From positions 1 through 64,000 of IMG/VR virus record IMGVR_UViG_3300049460_000128: DNA of 64,000 nt; one strand, given 5' to 3'. Positions 14,580 through 22,673 of this stretch are shown piece after piece. The translations under genes were made by a program, and so were the position numbers. Numbering within the stretch: position 1 is the stretch's first letter; the number at the start of each line of letters is the position of its first letter. The notes under the pieces were generated by a model, which was not told the DNA's origin, made no database searches, and saw nothing but the letters and a program-made list of their open reading frames with translations.

Positions 14580-15061
14580 TTCTGGCTATTTCTGACTAGA
14601 AATCAATCAAGTTTCAAAATACCTACCTGGAGTTTACGACATCAGGTGTTCGATTTCTGACATAATTCTTCAAGAAATGATATTTCGATGATCCTCATCT
14701 TCCTCAAGAAGATCTCTATCATTGGTTATAGTTCGTGAAGACTATAAGGGGTTTGGTATATGGCTAGTATTCCCATATGGCGTATGTGTGATGCCTTAGT
14801 GAGTTGTAGTTGGTTGGTTACCTATCGTAGTTTCAATATCCACCTTATGGGTTTTGTTGGAGTTCGGGATATCAATTATGCTATTCGAGTTTTCTATAAG
14901 GGGTTTGAGGATCGGTTGAGTGGTAGTGGTATTTGTGTAAGGAGTTGTGTATGGGCGGGTGGTCCTTCGTGTGAGTTGATTGTGAGTTTGTGTGGTAGTT
15001 CGAGTATATTGAGTGATGACGAGTGGATTCGGGTAGTATTTTTATTGGGGCGGTAAGAGAT

Positions 15062-15259
15062 ATGATTGCGGAGATTGTGTATCAGAAGTATCGTCATGGT
15101 GATTCGATCAATGATGACGATGTTCTTCGTGGACTTGAGGTTTATTTGAGTGCTCAGGCGGCGTTACGGGGATTTGGTCCTGTGTTTCGTTTGAGTATAG
15201 AGGAGATTGATCGTGTGGTGGTATGGTTGACTGATATTCGTGCAGTGCGACGGTTATGA
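15062..15259 (+). CDS. hypothetical protein
   Basis: MIAEIVYQKY..., weak RBS. Confidence 0.5.
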   Translation: MIAEIVYQKYRHGDSINDDDVLRGLEVYLSAQAALRGFGPVFRLSIEEIDRVVVWLTDIRAVRRL

Positions 15260-15325
15260 CTATGGTTCGTCATAGATCGTCACCAGTGTGTCGTGTAGAT
15301 TTCTTTAGTGTGTTGGGGTAGGGTC

Positions 15326-15601
15326 ATGTTATCTACGGTATGGGAGTTGATTGGTGAGGTTTGGCTGTATTTGTTTTCAATGCCCAGATTAATCGTGTAT
15401 GCGACTATTCCGGTCGCATTTGTGCTTTTGGGTAAATGGTTGTATGACAATCGCCGTATACCGAATTCTATAGTGATTCAGGATATCACATATGGTGCAG
15501 CGTCGTTCAATTGTGTAGTGGTTATGATTAAAGTTGATGGTAAGTGGCGTCCTGCTGTGAGTCAGGACATTGTGCATTTACCGCCTTGGGAGATGAAATG
15601 A
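15326..15601 (+). CDS. hypothetical membrane protein
   Basis: Hydrophobic segment; ATGA overlap with next gene. Confidence 0.55.
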   Translation: MLSTVWELIGEVWLYLFSMPRLIVYATIPVAFVLLGKWLYDNRRIPNSIVIQDITYGAASFNCVVVMIKVDGKWRPAVSQDIVHLPPWEMK

Positions 15602-16074
15602 CAGAAGATCAAATGGTAGTAATAAGGAAAGCTCTTGACAATGATGATATCGAGCTAGTTAACAGCATTGTGGGGCCGTTGTTGGAGATCAATCCCAACG
15701 ATGTTGATGCTTTGTTTCTTCGTTCCACCTATACGATGGGTGATGAGACCGAGGAGGAGTTTGCGCTTCGTACTGTTGCGATGATGACGCGTGCCTGTGA
15801 TTTGGGTTATGCGCCAGCTCAGTACCAGATGGCGGTATGGTTGCATGCTGGTGAGATTATGGCCGCAGATTTAAATCGTTCTGGTCATTTTGCGAAACTT
15901 GCGAGTGATGCCAAGTATCCGCCAGGTATGTTTGAGCATGGGCGGAATGTTTTTCATGGCACACATGGTAATATCAAGGATGAGCGAGCGGGGATTTCTT
16001 TGATTGAAAAAGCGGCAATGATGGGTGATTCTGATGCTGCTTTGTGGATGCTTACCGTGGTATACGACGCGTAA
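15598..16074 (+). CDS. Sel1/TPR repeat protein
   Basis: RACDLGYAPAQYQMA, LASDAKYPPGMFEHG, KAAMMGDSDA. Confidence 0.8.
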   Translation: MTEDQMVVIRKALDNDDIELVNSIVGPLLEINPNDVDALFLRSTYTMGDETEEEFALRTVAMMTRACDLGYAPAQYQMAVWLHAGEIMAADLNRSGHFAKLASDAKYPPGMFEHGRNVFHGTHGNIKDERAGISLIEKAAMMGDSDAALWMLTVVYDA

Positions 16075-16156
16075 TCGTCACCAAACTGTCTAGTGGTGGG
16101 TGTTTAGGGTCTAGGTCATCCACTACCAGACTATCACATGGGTGACATTCTGCCCT

Positions 16157-16324
16157 TTATTGTCTTGCTTTCTTTGCAGTGTCAATCATTCGGTTGAACT
16201 TCTTCAGAATTTCTTCTTTTGTCATTCCAGCATGGAAGCAGGTGGCAGTAGCCGAGTCAAACGTTTCAGCTCTCTTGGCCATTTCTTCCATGACCTCTTG
16301 TTGAGTTAGTTCTCGGTCGGACAT
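16157..16324 (-). CDS. hypothetical protein
   Basis: TAATG coupling, MSDRELT. Confidence 0.6.
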   Translation of the reverse strand: MSDRELTQQEVMEEMAKRAETFDSATATCFHAGMTKEEILKKFNRMIDTAKKARQ

Positions 16325-16608
16325 TATTCTTTGGTTCCTGAAAAATTGATATGAAACTGGCATGGTAGGACTTGTTCTTTGCTCAAGAACAGATCAATGA
16401 AATCCATGTACATATCAACCGCACATTTGGCTGTACATGGGATCAAGTATGTGAGGTGAACAGCCGTCAGTTCTGGATGATCGTATTCGTCGATCATCGT
16501 GGTGACCTGATAGCCTTTCAGTATTTCGTTGGCTGTCTGCATCAAGGCTTTGGCGTGTGTGGAGTCAACCTTGTATTTCTTGAGTGCCTGTTTGAGTTCT
16601 GGGGTCAT
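16324..16608 (-). CDS. hypothetical protein
   Basis: 94-aa ORF, ATGA overlap. Confidence 0.65.
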   Translation of the reverse strand: MTPELKQALKKYKVDSTHAKALMQTANEILKGYQVTTMIDEYDHPELTAVHLTYLIPCTAKCAVDMYMDFIDLFLSKEQVLPCQFHINFSGTKE

Positions 16609-16874
16609 CGCTTGATCTCAGCATGCTTCATTGTTTTGCGTATTGGGGGTGCGCCGCAAGTACGGCATTTTTGACATTCTGCAACCATATCACGATCGCA
16701 TTTGTAGCACCAGAAATAGCCACCTCGTGGGTATCTGGATTTGAATCTATTCACCTTGCGTGTTTGCTCGGTCAGTTCTTTCTTGTAAGCCATATACTGT
16801 CTCCACAACATCCTGTAGGGCGTCATATTCCTGCGCCTCCATGGATTTATTCCAGATATCCATATATGCCTCAT
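16605..16874 (-). CDS. small Zn-ribbon protein (start uncertain)
   Basis: CYKC...CRTC. Confidence 0.5.
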   Translation of the reverse strand: MRHIWISGINPWRRRNMTPYRMLWRQYMAYKKELTEQTRKVNRFKSRYPRGGYFWCYKCDRDMVAECQKCRTCGAPPIRKTMKHAEIKR

Positions 16875-16964
16875 TTGCGTCCTTAAACCCTAGGGCGGTC
16901 GCATAATCGTCTTCGTCGAATGTGTCCATGCCACCATTTTACTTAGTGGAGCCATGATATCAAA

Positions 16965-17282
16965 TTATAGGTTACGCCATTTCCATCGTGAGTTATTGCA
17001 GCCATCTGCGTGTGCTTTGGCATACCAGAGGGCGACATTAAGGCTATTGGTGGAGCTTGGGTCGCCGATCATTGGTGTGAATCTACCTCGACGTTTCGTC
17101 TTATGACGCGTGGCTTGCGAAATGGGATAGAGTTTGTATTCGTACCGGAAACCGTAATAGCCATTGTTGAACATGACTATTTTGACTCCCTTATACATGA
17201 TTGTCTTCATTCGCTTGAACAGTGCGGCCTTGGGCCAAGACCGTTTCTTATAGAGGCGACGAGTAACTAGTTGTTGTCCCAT
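16965..17282 (-). CDS. hypothetical basic protein
   Basis: 105-aa ORF. Confidence 0.55.
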   Translation of the reverse strand: MGQQLVTRRLYKKRSWPKAALFKRMKTIMYKGVKIVMFNNGYYGFRYEYKLYPISQATRHKTKRRGRFTPMIGDPSSTNSLNVALWYAKAHADGCNNSRWKWRNL

Positions 17283-17332
17283 GATGAATTTGATTTTTAA
17301 TAGTCGTAGAAAAGGGCGTTGCCGCCCTTTCG

Positions 17333-17602
17333 TTATTTGCGATCTACCAACGAGCGTTCCAACAATGCCTTAAGACGCAACGTAGTATCTTGATCGAACA
17401 CCGTGGTATCCCAATGTCCGTATTTGCATTTGTAGCCAAACACGTATTTGACGGCTTTCCACACACGGATATACCATGGATCAAAGTCGTTCAAGAATAC
17501 GCTCAAGTACAAGTCACCGTCGTCGGGTTCGTATTGGAAGCGGATAGTATGTTCATCGCTGTGGCAAGAACATTCAATATAGTGGTACTCAGTTTGTTTC
17601 AA
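17333..17602 (-). CDS. hypothetical protein
   Basis: CSCHSDEH...AVKYVFGYKCKYGHWD. Confidence 0.7.
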   Translation of the reverse strand: MKQTEYHYIECSCHSDEHTIRFQYEPDDGDLYLSVFLNDFDPWYIRVWKAVKYVFGYKCKYGHWDTTVFDQDTTLRLKALLERSLVDRK

Positions 17603-17687
17603 TGTTTTCTCCAGCGTGTTGCCCCTCGTCTGAACTATTCAGATTTCTTCGGGGCCACGCATGTGTAGAGATTCGTTCATATTACTC

Positions 17688-17912
17688 CTAGCACCAAGTA
17701 AGGCGGAACAATGCTGCACCTTCTTCGGTTTCAAATTGAAGTTCACCGTGGGGGTCAGACCAATATCGATTGCCTGTGGTCAATATAAGATTTACCCATT
17801 GACCAGGGCGTAGCCGTTTGGTCAGCAAGCTTATATTTTGGGCAGTCAACCATTCGTTGATTGCAACCAGTGTATCATCATCGGTTAAAAAAGTCACGTA
17901 GAACGTTTTCAT
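17688..17912 (-). CDS. small FxLxW-family protein
   Basis: Ends FETEEGAALFRLTWC. Confidence 0.65.
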   Translation of the reverse strand: MKTFYVTFLTDDDTLVAINEWLTAQNISLLTKRLRPGQWVNLILTTGNRYWSDPHGELQFETEEGAALFRLTWC

Positions 17913-17947
17913 GTTTGGCGCATTGGTTATACGCCATCCAATATCAG

Positions 17948-18190
17948 TCAACACCACAAATGACCCCAAGTTAGTTTGAAGAGAGTCAGATCTTCTTCTG
18001 TATAGATGGAAGTTTCAATCATTGGGTTACCACTATTGAAACGAGGACACACTGTAGCTTCTGGCAAATTGACCTTGAACCATTCCATATACTCGCGTGA
18101 TTCTTCCGTTGTGGCGTAGAAAGCCCAAAAGTACCAATATGGCAGATCATTATCGTAAGCTTCTTGATGCCCGTAATTTTTGATCAGCAT
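17948..18190 (-). CDS. small FxLxW-family protein
   Basis: PRFNSGNP...EEDLTLFKLTWG. Confidence 0.7.
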   Translation of the reverse strand: MLIKNYGHQEAYDNDLPYWYFWAFYATTEESREYMEWFKVNLPEATVCPRFNSGNPMIETSIYTEEDLTLFKLTWGHLWC

Positions 18191-19203
18191 TATGGGCATC
18201 CTGGTCTCAACACACTAACGATTTGACCACGAGCTGGCGTCCAACCACTTTTCCAAGAGTTTGTGACGTCACCATCGGAAGGATTATTACCACCACTGCC
18301 AGTTGGTGTTTGATTACCACCCACAAACGAAAACTTACCGTTGTTCGCAGTATAGCAAAAATTCACGTGATGGAAACTCCACAATACCAAGTCGCCGGGT
18401 TGCATATCGGCAATCGCTACTTGCGTCATTCCCAACGATGGGCCTTTAGCAAACATCGCTTGTGCTCCTGCTTCTTTGGCATAGGCGAGGCCGCTTTCTT
18501 TCAAGGCGAAGTTCACAAAGCCCGCACACCAAGCAGTTTGATCTGACAACCATGCGCCGCTTTGTGGGAAGCCCAATGATTTCCAGATGTTCAGGATATT
18601 TTGGTTAGACTGACGACCACCCTGTCCTGATTCACGCCACAAACCATTGGATGCTTCTGCGAGTATCTTTTGCAAGAATGGAACAACCGTTGCGGCATGT
18701 CCGTTGCTACACGTCTTAGGAGGCTCAGGATCGACCATGCCAGTCGTATCTGGAGTACCAGCATAGTTTTCCTTGACGCCGTTTTCGGCAGCGACTGGGT
18801 TCTTGTATGCTGATGGGTTCGAGACATAACTGTTGGTCTTGGCCGTATTCTGCGACTCGACTACTGGATCTGCCTCAACGGGAGGATCAGCTGGTTTAGT
18901 GAATGACTGACTGACGGTCACGGATGAGTCGCCAATATCACGGGTGCCACTACCTTGAAGAATAGTGGCACCGCATGAGAGTGGATCACCCACTCGTGCA
19001 GTTTTGCGCCCATTGGTTAGCGTCAAGCTTGCGGTTGCCGAGATAGTGACAGTACCATGCCCTTTCTTGCTGCATGATGCCGTATCACCATCTCGTGCCA
19101 CACCCTTGCCTTCATCAGTCGTATCTGAGCTAGCGGACGTAATTTGTCCTGTCACTTCAGAGCCGTGACCAATCTGGTCACCCAAACGAGCGACTTTAGG
19201 CAT
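18190..19203 (-). CDS. PAAR-domain spike protein fused to a TIGR02594/CHAP-like Cys peptidase
   Basis: VARLGD, VARDGD, TARVGDPLSCGA; C-term TAWCAGFVN...HHVNF...GGNQ. Confidence 0.85.
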   Translation of the reverse strand: MPKVARLGDQIGHGSEVTGQITSASSDTTDEGKGVARDGDTASCSKKGHGTVTISATASLTLTNGRKTARVGDPLSCGATILQGSGTRDIGDSSVTVSQSFTKPADPPVEADPVVESQNTAKTNSYVSNPSAYKNPVAAENGVKENYAGTPDTTGMVDPEPPKTCSNGHAATVVPFLQKILAEASNGLWRESGQGGRQSNQNILNIWKSLGFPQSGAWLSDQTAWCAGFVNFALKESGLAYAKEAGAQAMFAKGPSLGMTQVAIADMQPGDLVLWSFHHVNFCYTANNGKFSFVGGNQTPTGSGGNNPSDGDVTNSWKSGWTPARGQIVSVLRPGCP

Positions 19204-19538
19204 TACTTGATCAGTGAACCCGCCGAAGCGATTTCAATGCCACTGGTGACAGTCAGGTACTGCTTGGCAGCATCTGCACGAGCTGCGACTGGAGCAGTCA
19301 CCATATGACTACGCAGCACTTCGTAGGTAGTGTGCATGTCGTCGTCGATGCCCATGCTGAATGGGGCAAAGGTGACGGTTGGGTGACCGGTTTCTGGATC
19401 ACGTACCAGCATCAGCACGTATGGGCGTGCCAGTGTGTACACCTCGCCTTCATGTGAGACAACCTTGGTGATGATTTCCTGGCCATTGACCAGTTTTACA
19501 GCTACTACTTCGTTTACGATGGATTTCTTCAACAGCAT
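19203..19538 (-). CDS. Sm-like fold phage protein
   Basis: VVAVKLVNGQEIITK...FAPF...YLTVTSGI. Confidence 0.6.
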   Translation of the reverse strand: MLLKKSIVNEVVAVKLVNGQEIITKVVSHEGEVYTLARPYVLMLVRDPETGHPTVTFAPFSMGIDDDMHTTYEVLRSHMVTAPVAARADAAKQYLTVTSGIEIASAGSLIK

Positions 19539-19551
19539 TTTATTTTCCTTT

Positions 19552-20058
19552 TTACAGCAGACCAGCGGCTTTCAGTACCGCAGTGGCTTTTTCATAGTTA
19601 CCACGAGATACTTCGATGGTAGTCAGGGTTGCTTTGCGAGCAGCGGCAGCGGCTTCACGAGCCACTTGTTCCAGGCGTTCTTGTTCGGCTTCCTCTTCTT
19701 CGCGCTTCTCTTGCAGTTCACGGGCTTTTTCGAGGTCAGATTCAAACATGCCTTCCACGAAGTCGTAGTCGAAGTCGAGCCCGTAACCAGTCAGGTCGTC
19801 GTAATCGAAGCCTGCCAGTTGACGTTCGAATTCAGTACGCACATCAGCACGCACCTTGATGGTCTCGCTGTCGAGACCCAGTTCGTCCAGGTCTACTTCG
19901 TAGCCCAGTTGATCCATGATGTTATCCAGGAAGTCTTCGAACAGCGAGTATGGTACATCCAGGGTCATTTCGCCGTATACGCCGCGTTTTTCACGACGCT
20001 TCAGGTCAGCCAGTACAGCAGCGGTGTCCGGAGCTTGGTCAGTTTTAATTTTTGCCAT
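19552..20058 (-). CDS. acidic hypothetical protein
   Basis: 168-aa ORF. Confidence 0.8.
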   Translation of the reverse strand: MAKIKTDQAPDTAAVLADLKRREKRGVYGEMTLDVPYSLFEDFLDNIMDQLGYEVDLDELGLDSETIKVRADVRTEFERQLAGFDYDDLTGYGLDFDYDFVEGMFESDLEKARELQEKREEEEAEQERLEQVAREAAAAARKATLTTIEVSRGNYEKATAVLKAAGLL

Positions 20059-20122
20059 TTTGTTTTTATTGTAGTGGGTTAAGAGATTGCAAGTATGCTA
20101 GGTAAGACTTGATGCATCAATA

Positions 20123-20395
20123 TTAATGTTGGATGCAAAACAGAAATGCTTCATCATCTGGTACGTTAAGGCCAAACTCAAAGTTCAAAAACGTATGAGT
20201 CTTGCCTTGTGTGCCGTAATGATTGCCACGGTCAATATTTACACATGGATATTTGGCTTGTGGCCACTCTCTACGGAATGATTCACCCATGTATTGAGTG
20301 ACCATATCCTCCACTTCTTCAAGACTTAGGGCCTTGAAGTCAAAGTGGGCGAGTGGTAGCAAGTGATACGTGAATGCGATTTTATGAATGTCCAT
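20123..20395 (-). CDS. hypothetical protein
   Basis: 90-aa ORF, AGGAG upstream. Confidence 0.6.
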   Translation of the reverse strand: MDIHKIAFTYHLLPLAHFDFKALSLEEVEDMVTQYMGESFRREWPQAKYPCVNIDRGNHYGTQGKTHTFLNFEFGLNVPDDEAFLFCIQH

Positions 20396-20489
20396 GAGGT
20401 CCTATTTCTCCTTTGCTGTATGGTAAAGATGACAGAAAGTTAAGTCAAAATAAAAGCCCACCTGAGTGGGCTCGTAAGGTCAACTAGGA

Positions 20490-21491
20490 TTAGAAATCTT
20501 CGTCAAAGCCAACATCACCACCAATACCGATGCTGTATTCAGCAACTGTACGTTCGAAGAAGTTGGTAACAGCTTGCATGTCTTGCAGTTCCATGAATGG
20601 GAACGGATTCTTGACATTGAAGCGTGGTTTCATACCCAGACGTACCGAGCGAATGTCGGCAATGAATTGCAAGTATTGCTTCATGTCAGTCTTGCTCATG
20701 CCTGCAACACCCAGATCCAAGGCATCTTCTGCGAACTGATATTCGCAATCAATAGCTTCGTCCAACATTTCGTTGACTCGTTGTTCCATGCTGGCATCCC
20801 ACAGATCTGGATACTCTGCACGCACGGTATCAACAATCTCAAATGCAACGTTCATGTGGAACGATTCGTCACGGAATACCCAGTTTGTGCCAGAACCCAG
20901 ACCATGCAACAGGCCACGTGAACGCAGGAAGTACACATACGCGAAGGCGCCGAAGAAGAACATGCCTTCGATAACAGCAGCAAATGCGATGAGGTTCAGC
21001 AAGAACTTACGACGGTCGTCTTCTGTGCGGCATTCGTCAATCTCCATAACACTGTCGATGTATTTGAAGCAGAAGTCAGCTTTCTTTTTGATCGACGGAA
21101 TGTTGTTGATTGCATCAAATGCGGCAGCACGTTCGGATTCGTCTTTGATGTATTCATCTAACAGAGTCAAGTAGAATTGAACGTGCAATTGCTCTTCAAA
21201 CAGTTGACGGCCGTAGTACATACGGGCTTCTGGGGAGTTCACGTGCTTGTACAGACTCAACACCAAGTTGTTGCCCACGATGGTGTCACCGGTAGCAAAG
21301 AATGCTACCAAGCGTTTGATGACGTGGAGCTCGGCTGGGGAAACTTTATCACGCAGGTCAGCAATGTCAGTGCTGAACGAGATCTCTTGAACTGACCAGT
21401 TGTTAGCTTGGGCATTGATGAAGTGTTGATAGAATGCTGGGTATTTCATAGGACGCAACGTTAAGTTGAATCCTGGATCTAAGATGGCCAT
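20490..21491 (-). CDS. nrdB: ribonucleotide reductase class Ia beta subunit
   Basis: FFATGD, EEQLHVQFY, IEGMFF, RDESFH, NFFERTVAEY. Confidence 0.95.
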   Translation of the reverse strand: MAILDPGFNLTLRPMKYPAFYQHFINAQANNWSVQEISFSTDIADLRDKVSPAELHVIKRLVAFFATGDTIVGNNLVLSLYKHVNSPEARMYYGRQLFEEQLHVQFYLTLLDEYIKDESERAAAFDAINNIPSIKKKADFCFKYIDSVMEIDECRTEDDRRKFLLNLIAFAAVIEGMFFFGAFAYVYFLRSRGLLHGLGSGTNWVFRDESFHMNVAFEIVDTVRAEYPDLWDASMEQRVNEMLDEAIDCEYQFAEDALDLGVAGMSKTDMKQYLQFIADIRSVRLGMKPRFNVKNPFPFMELQDMQAVTNFFERTVAEYSIGIGGDVGFDEDF

Positions 21492-21524
21492 ATATCTCCT
21501 TTTCTTTCTTATCTTTTAGGGCTT

Positions 21525-22025
21525 TTATTTAGTAAACAGTGTATCGAAGATATCTTCTTCGATTTCATACTCAAGCTCGATTGGTTCCGAGTACTCTCCC
21601 CGCAGGTAAATGGGGAAGTCAGGAACCGGCAAGGTCGAGACGTCGTAGTCTTGGCCAATATCGTAGCTGAGTGAAATGTGTGGTTTGTATTCGTCAAAGT
21701 CGTATGTGGCACCGGCTTCCATTGCTTCTTCGAAGCGTAAGCGCAAGTACGTACTGTCGTAGTGCCACACCAGACAGCGAGCACCGGATGGGGTGTCCCA
21801 GCCCTCAATGATTGAATCGGTAGTGTCTACCGTAATGTCAATCGAGTGGTTGGGTTCAAAGTCATTTACGGGTACCTTGCTGTACACGATTGTGGTGTGA
21901 AAGCCAGGTGACTTGATTGGATTTGGTATATTATAGTCAGCCAGATATTTGGCGATTCTTTGATTTGTTTCGTCATCAAAGTAAGCGGCAACATAGAGGC
22001 CGCTTGATTGTTCTTTGTCACTCAT
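21525..22025 (-). CDS. acb1: anti-CBASS 2H phosphodiesterase (T4 gp57B/Acb1-like)
   Basis: GLYVAA, HTTIVYS and HISLSY 2H motifs, GATYDFDEYKPH, EYSEP. Confidence 0.88.
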   Translation of the reverse strand: MSDKEQSSGLYVAAYFDDETNQRIAKYLADYNIPNPIKSPGFHTTIVYSKVPVNDFEPNHSIDITVDTTDSIIEGWDTPSGARCLVWHYDSTYLRLRFEEAMEAGATYDFDEYKPHISLSYDIGQDYDVSTLPVPDFPIYLRGEYSEPIELEYEIEEDIFDTLFTK

Positions 22026-22034
22026 TAGAGACCC

Positions 22035-22580
22035 TTATTGTTCTTGTTTTAGTCTGAGCAGCATCTGGAATGTCAGATCACATGCCTCATCAAGATCACC
22101 AGTAAGCTCAATCTCCGGAGCTTTCTTCTCGATGGTGTATTGGAGATATTTTTCGTTTGTGAAACCTGGTTCTATACCAACCACCACATTTTTGTGGCCT
22201 TCTTCGCCAATGATTTCACCCAATTCAAACAACGTAGTCAGGCAATAGTTACGCTTGGTGTCAACTGTTTTATTTGCCAGCCATGCCAACTTAACGCCTT
22301 TGCCGCCTGCTCGTGCGATGTGAATATGTTCCCAATCCACCTGTTGATAAAAGGTGTCATCGTCAAAGTCTTTCAAGTCTTTGAACTGTGGTTGTCGGGG
22401 ATTGAATACTACCAATTCCAAGTCTGATGAATCTTGCTGTGCCAGAAACTCCAGACGATTCTTGGCGTATTCTTGCCATTCCCAAGTCCCCAGGATGGGT
22501 CCAATAAGGAATACCGAATATGCGTTGGCGGTATGGGTTGGTTGGAAGTTTGGTGCGTCTACAAAGTAAATTTTTGCCAT
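22035..22580 (-). CDS. nucleoside 2-deoxyribosyltransferase-like protein
   Basis: VFLIGPI...WQ...VFNPR...QVDWE...TLFELG. Confidence 0.75.
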   Translation of the reverse strand: MAKIYFVDAPNFQPTHTANAYSVFLIGPILGTWEWQEYAKNRLEFLAQQDSSDLELVVFNPRQPQFKDLKDFDDDTFYQQVDWEHIHIARAGGKGVKLAWLANKTVDTKRNYCLTTLFELGEIIGEEGHKNVVVGIEPGFTNEKYLQYTIEKKAPEIELTGDLDEACDLTFQMLLRLKQEQ

Positions 22581-22673
22581 ATTGTTTCTCTCTCAGTGTC
22601 ACTATACTAAAATATTTAGCTCACTCAAAATAAAAGCCACCCGAAGGTGGCTCTTTTTTAACTTGCCATCAGA

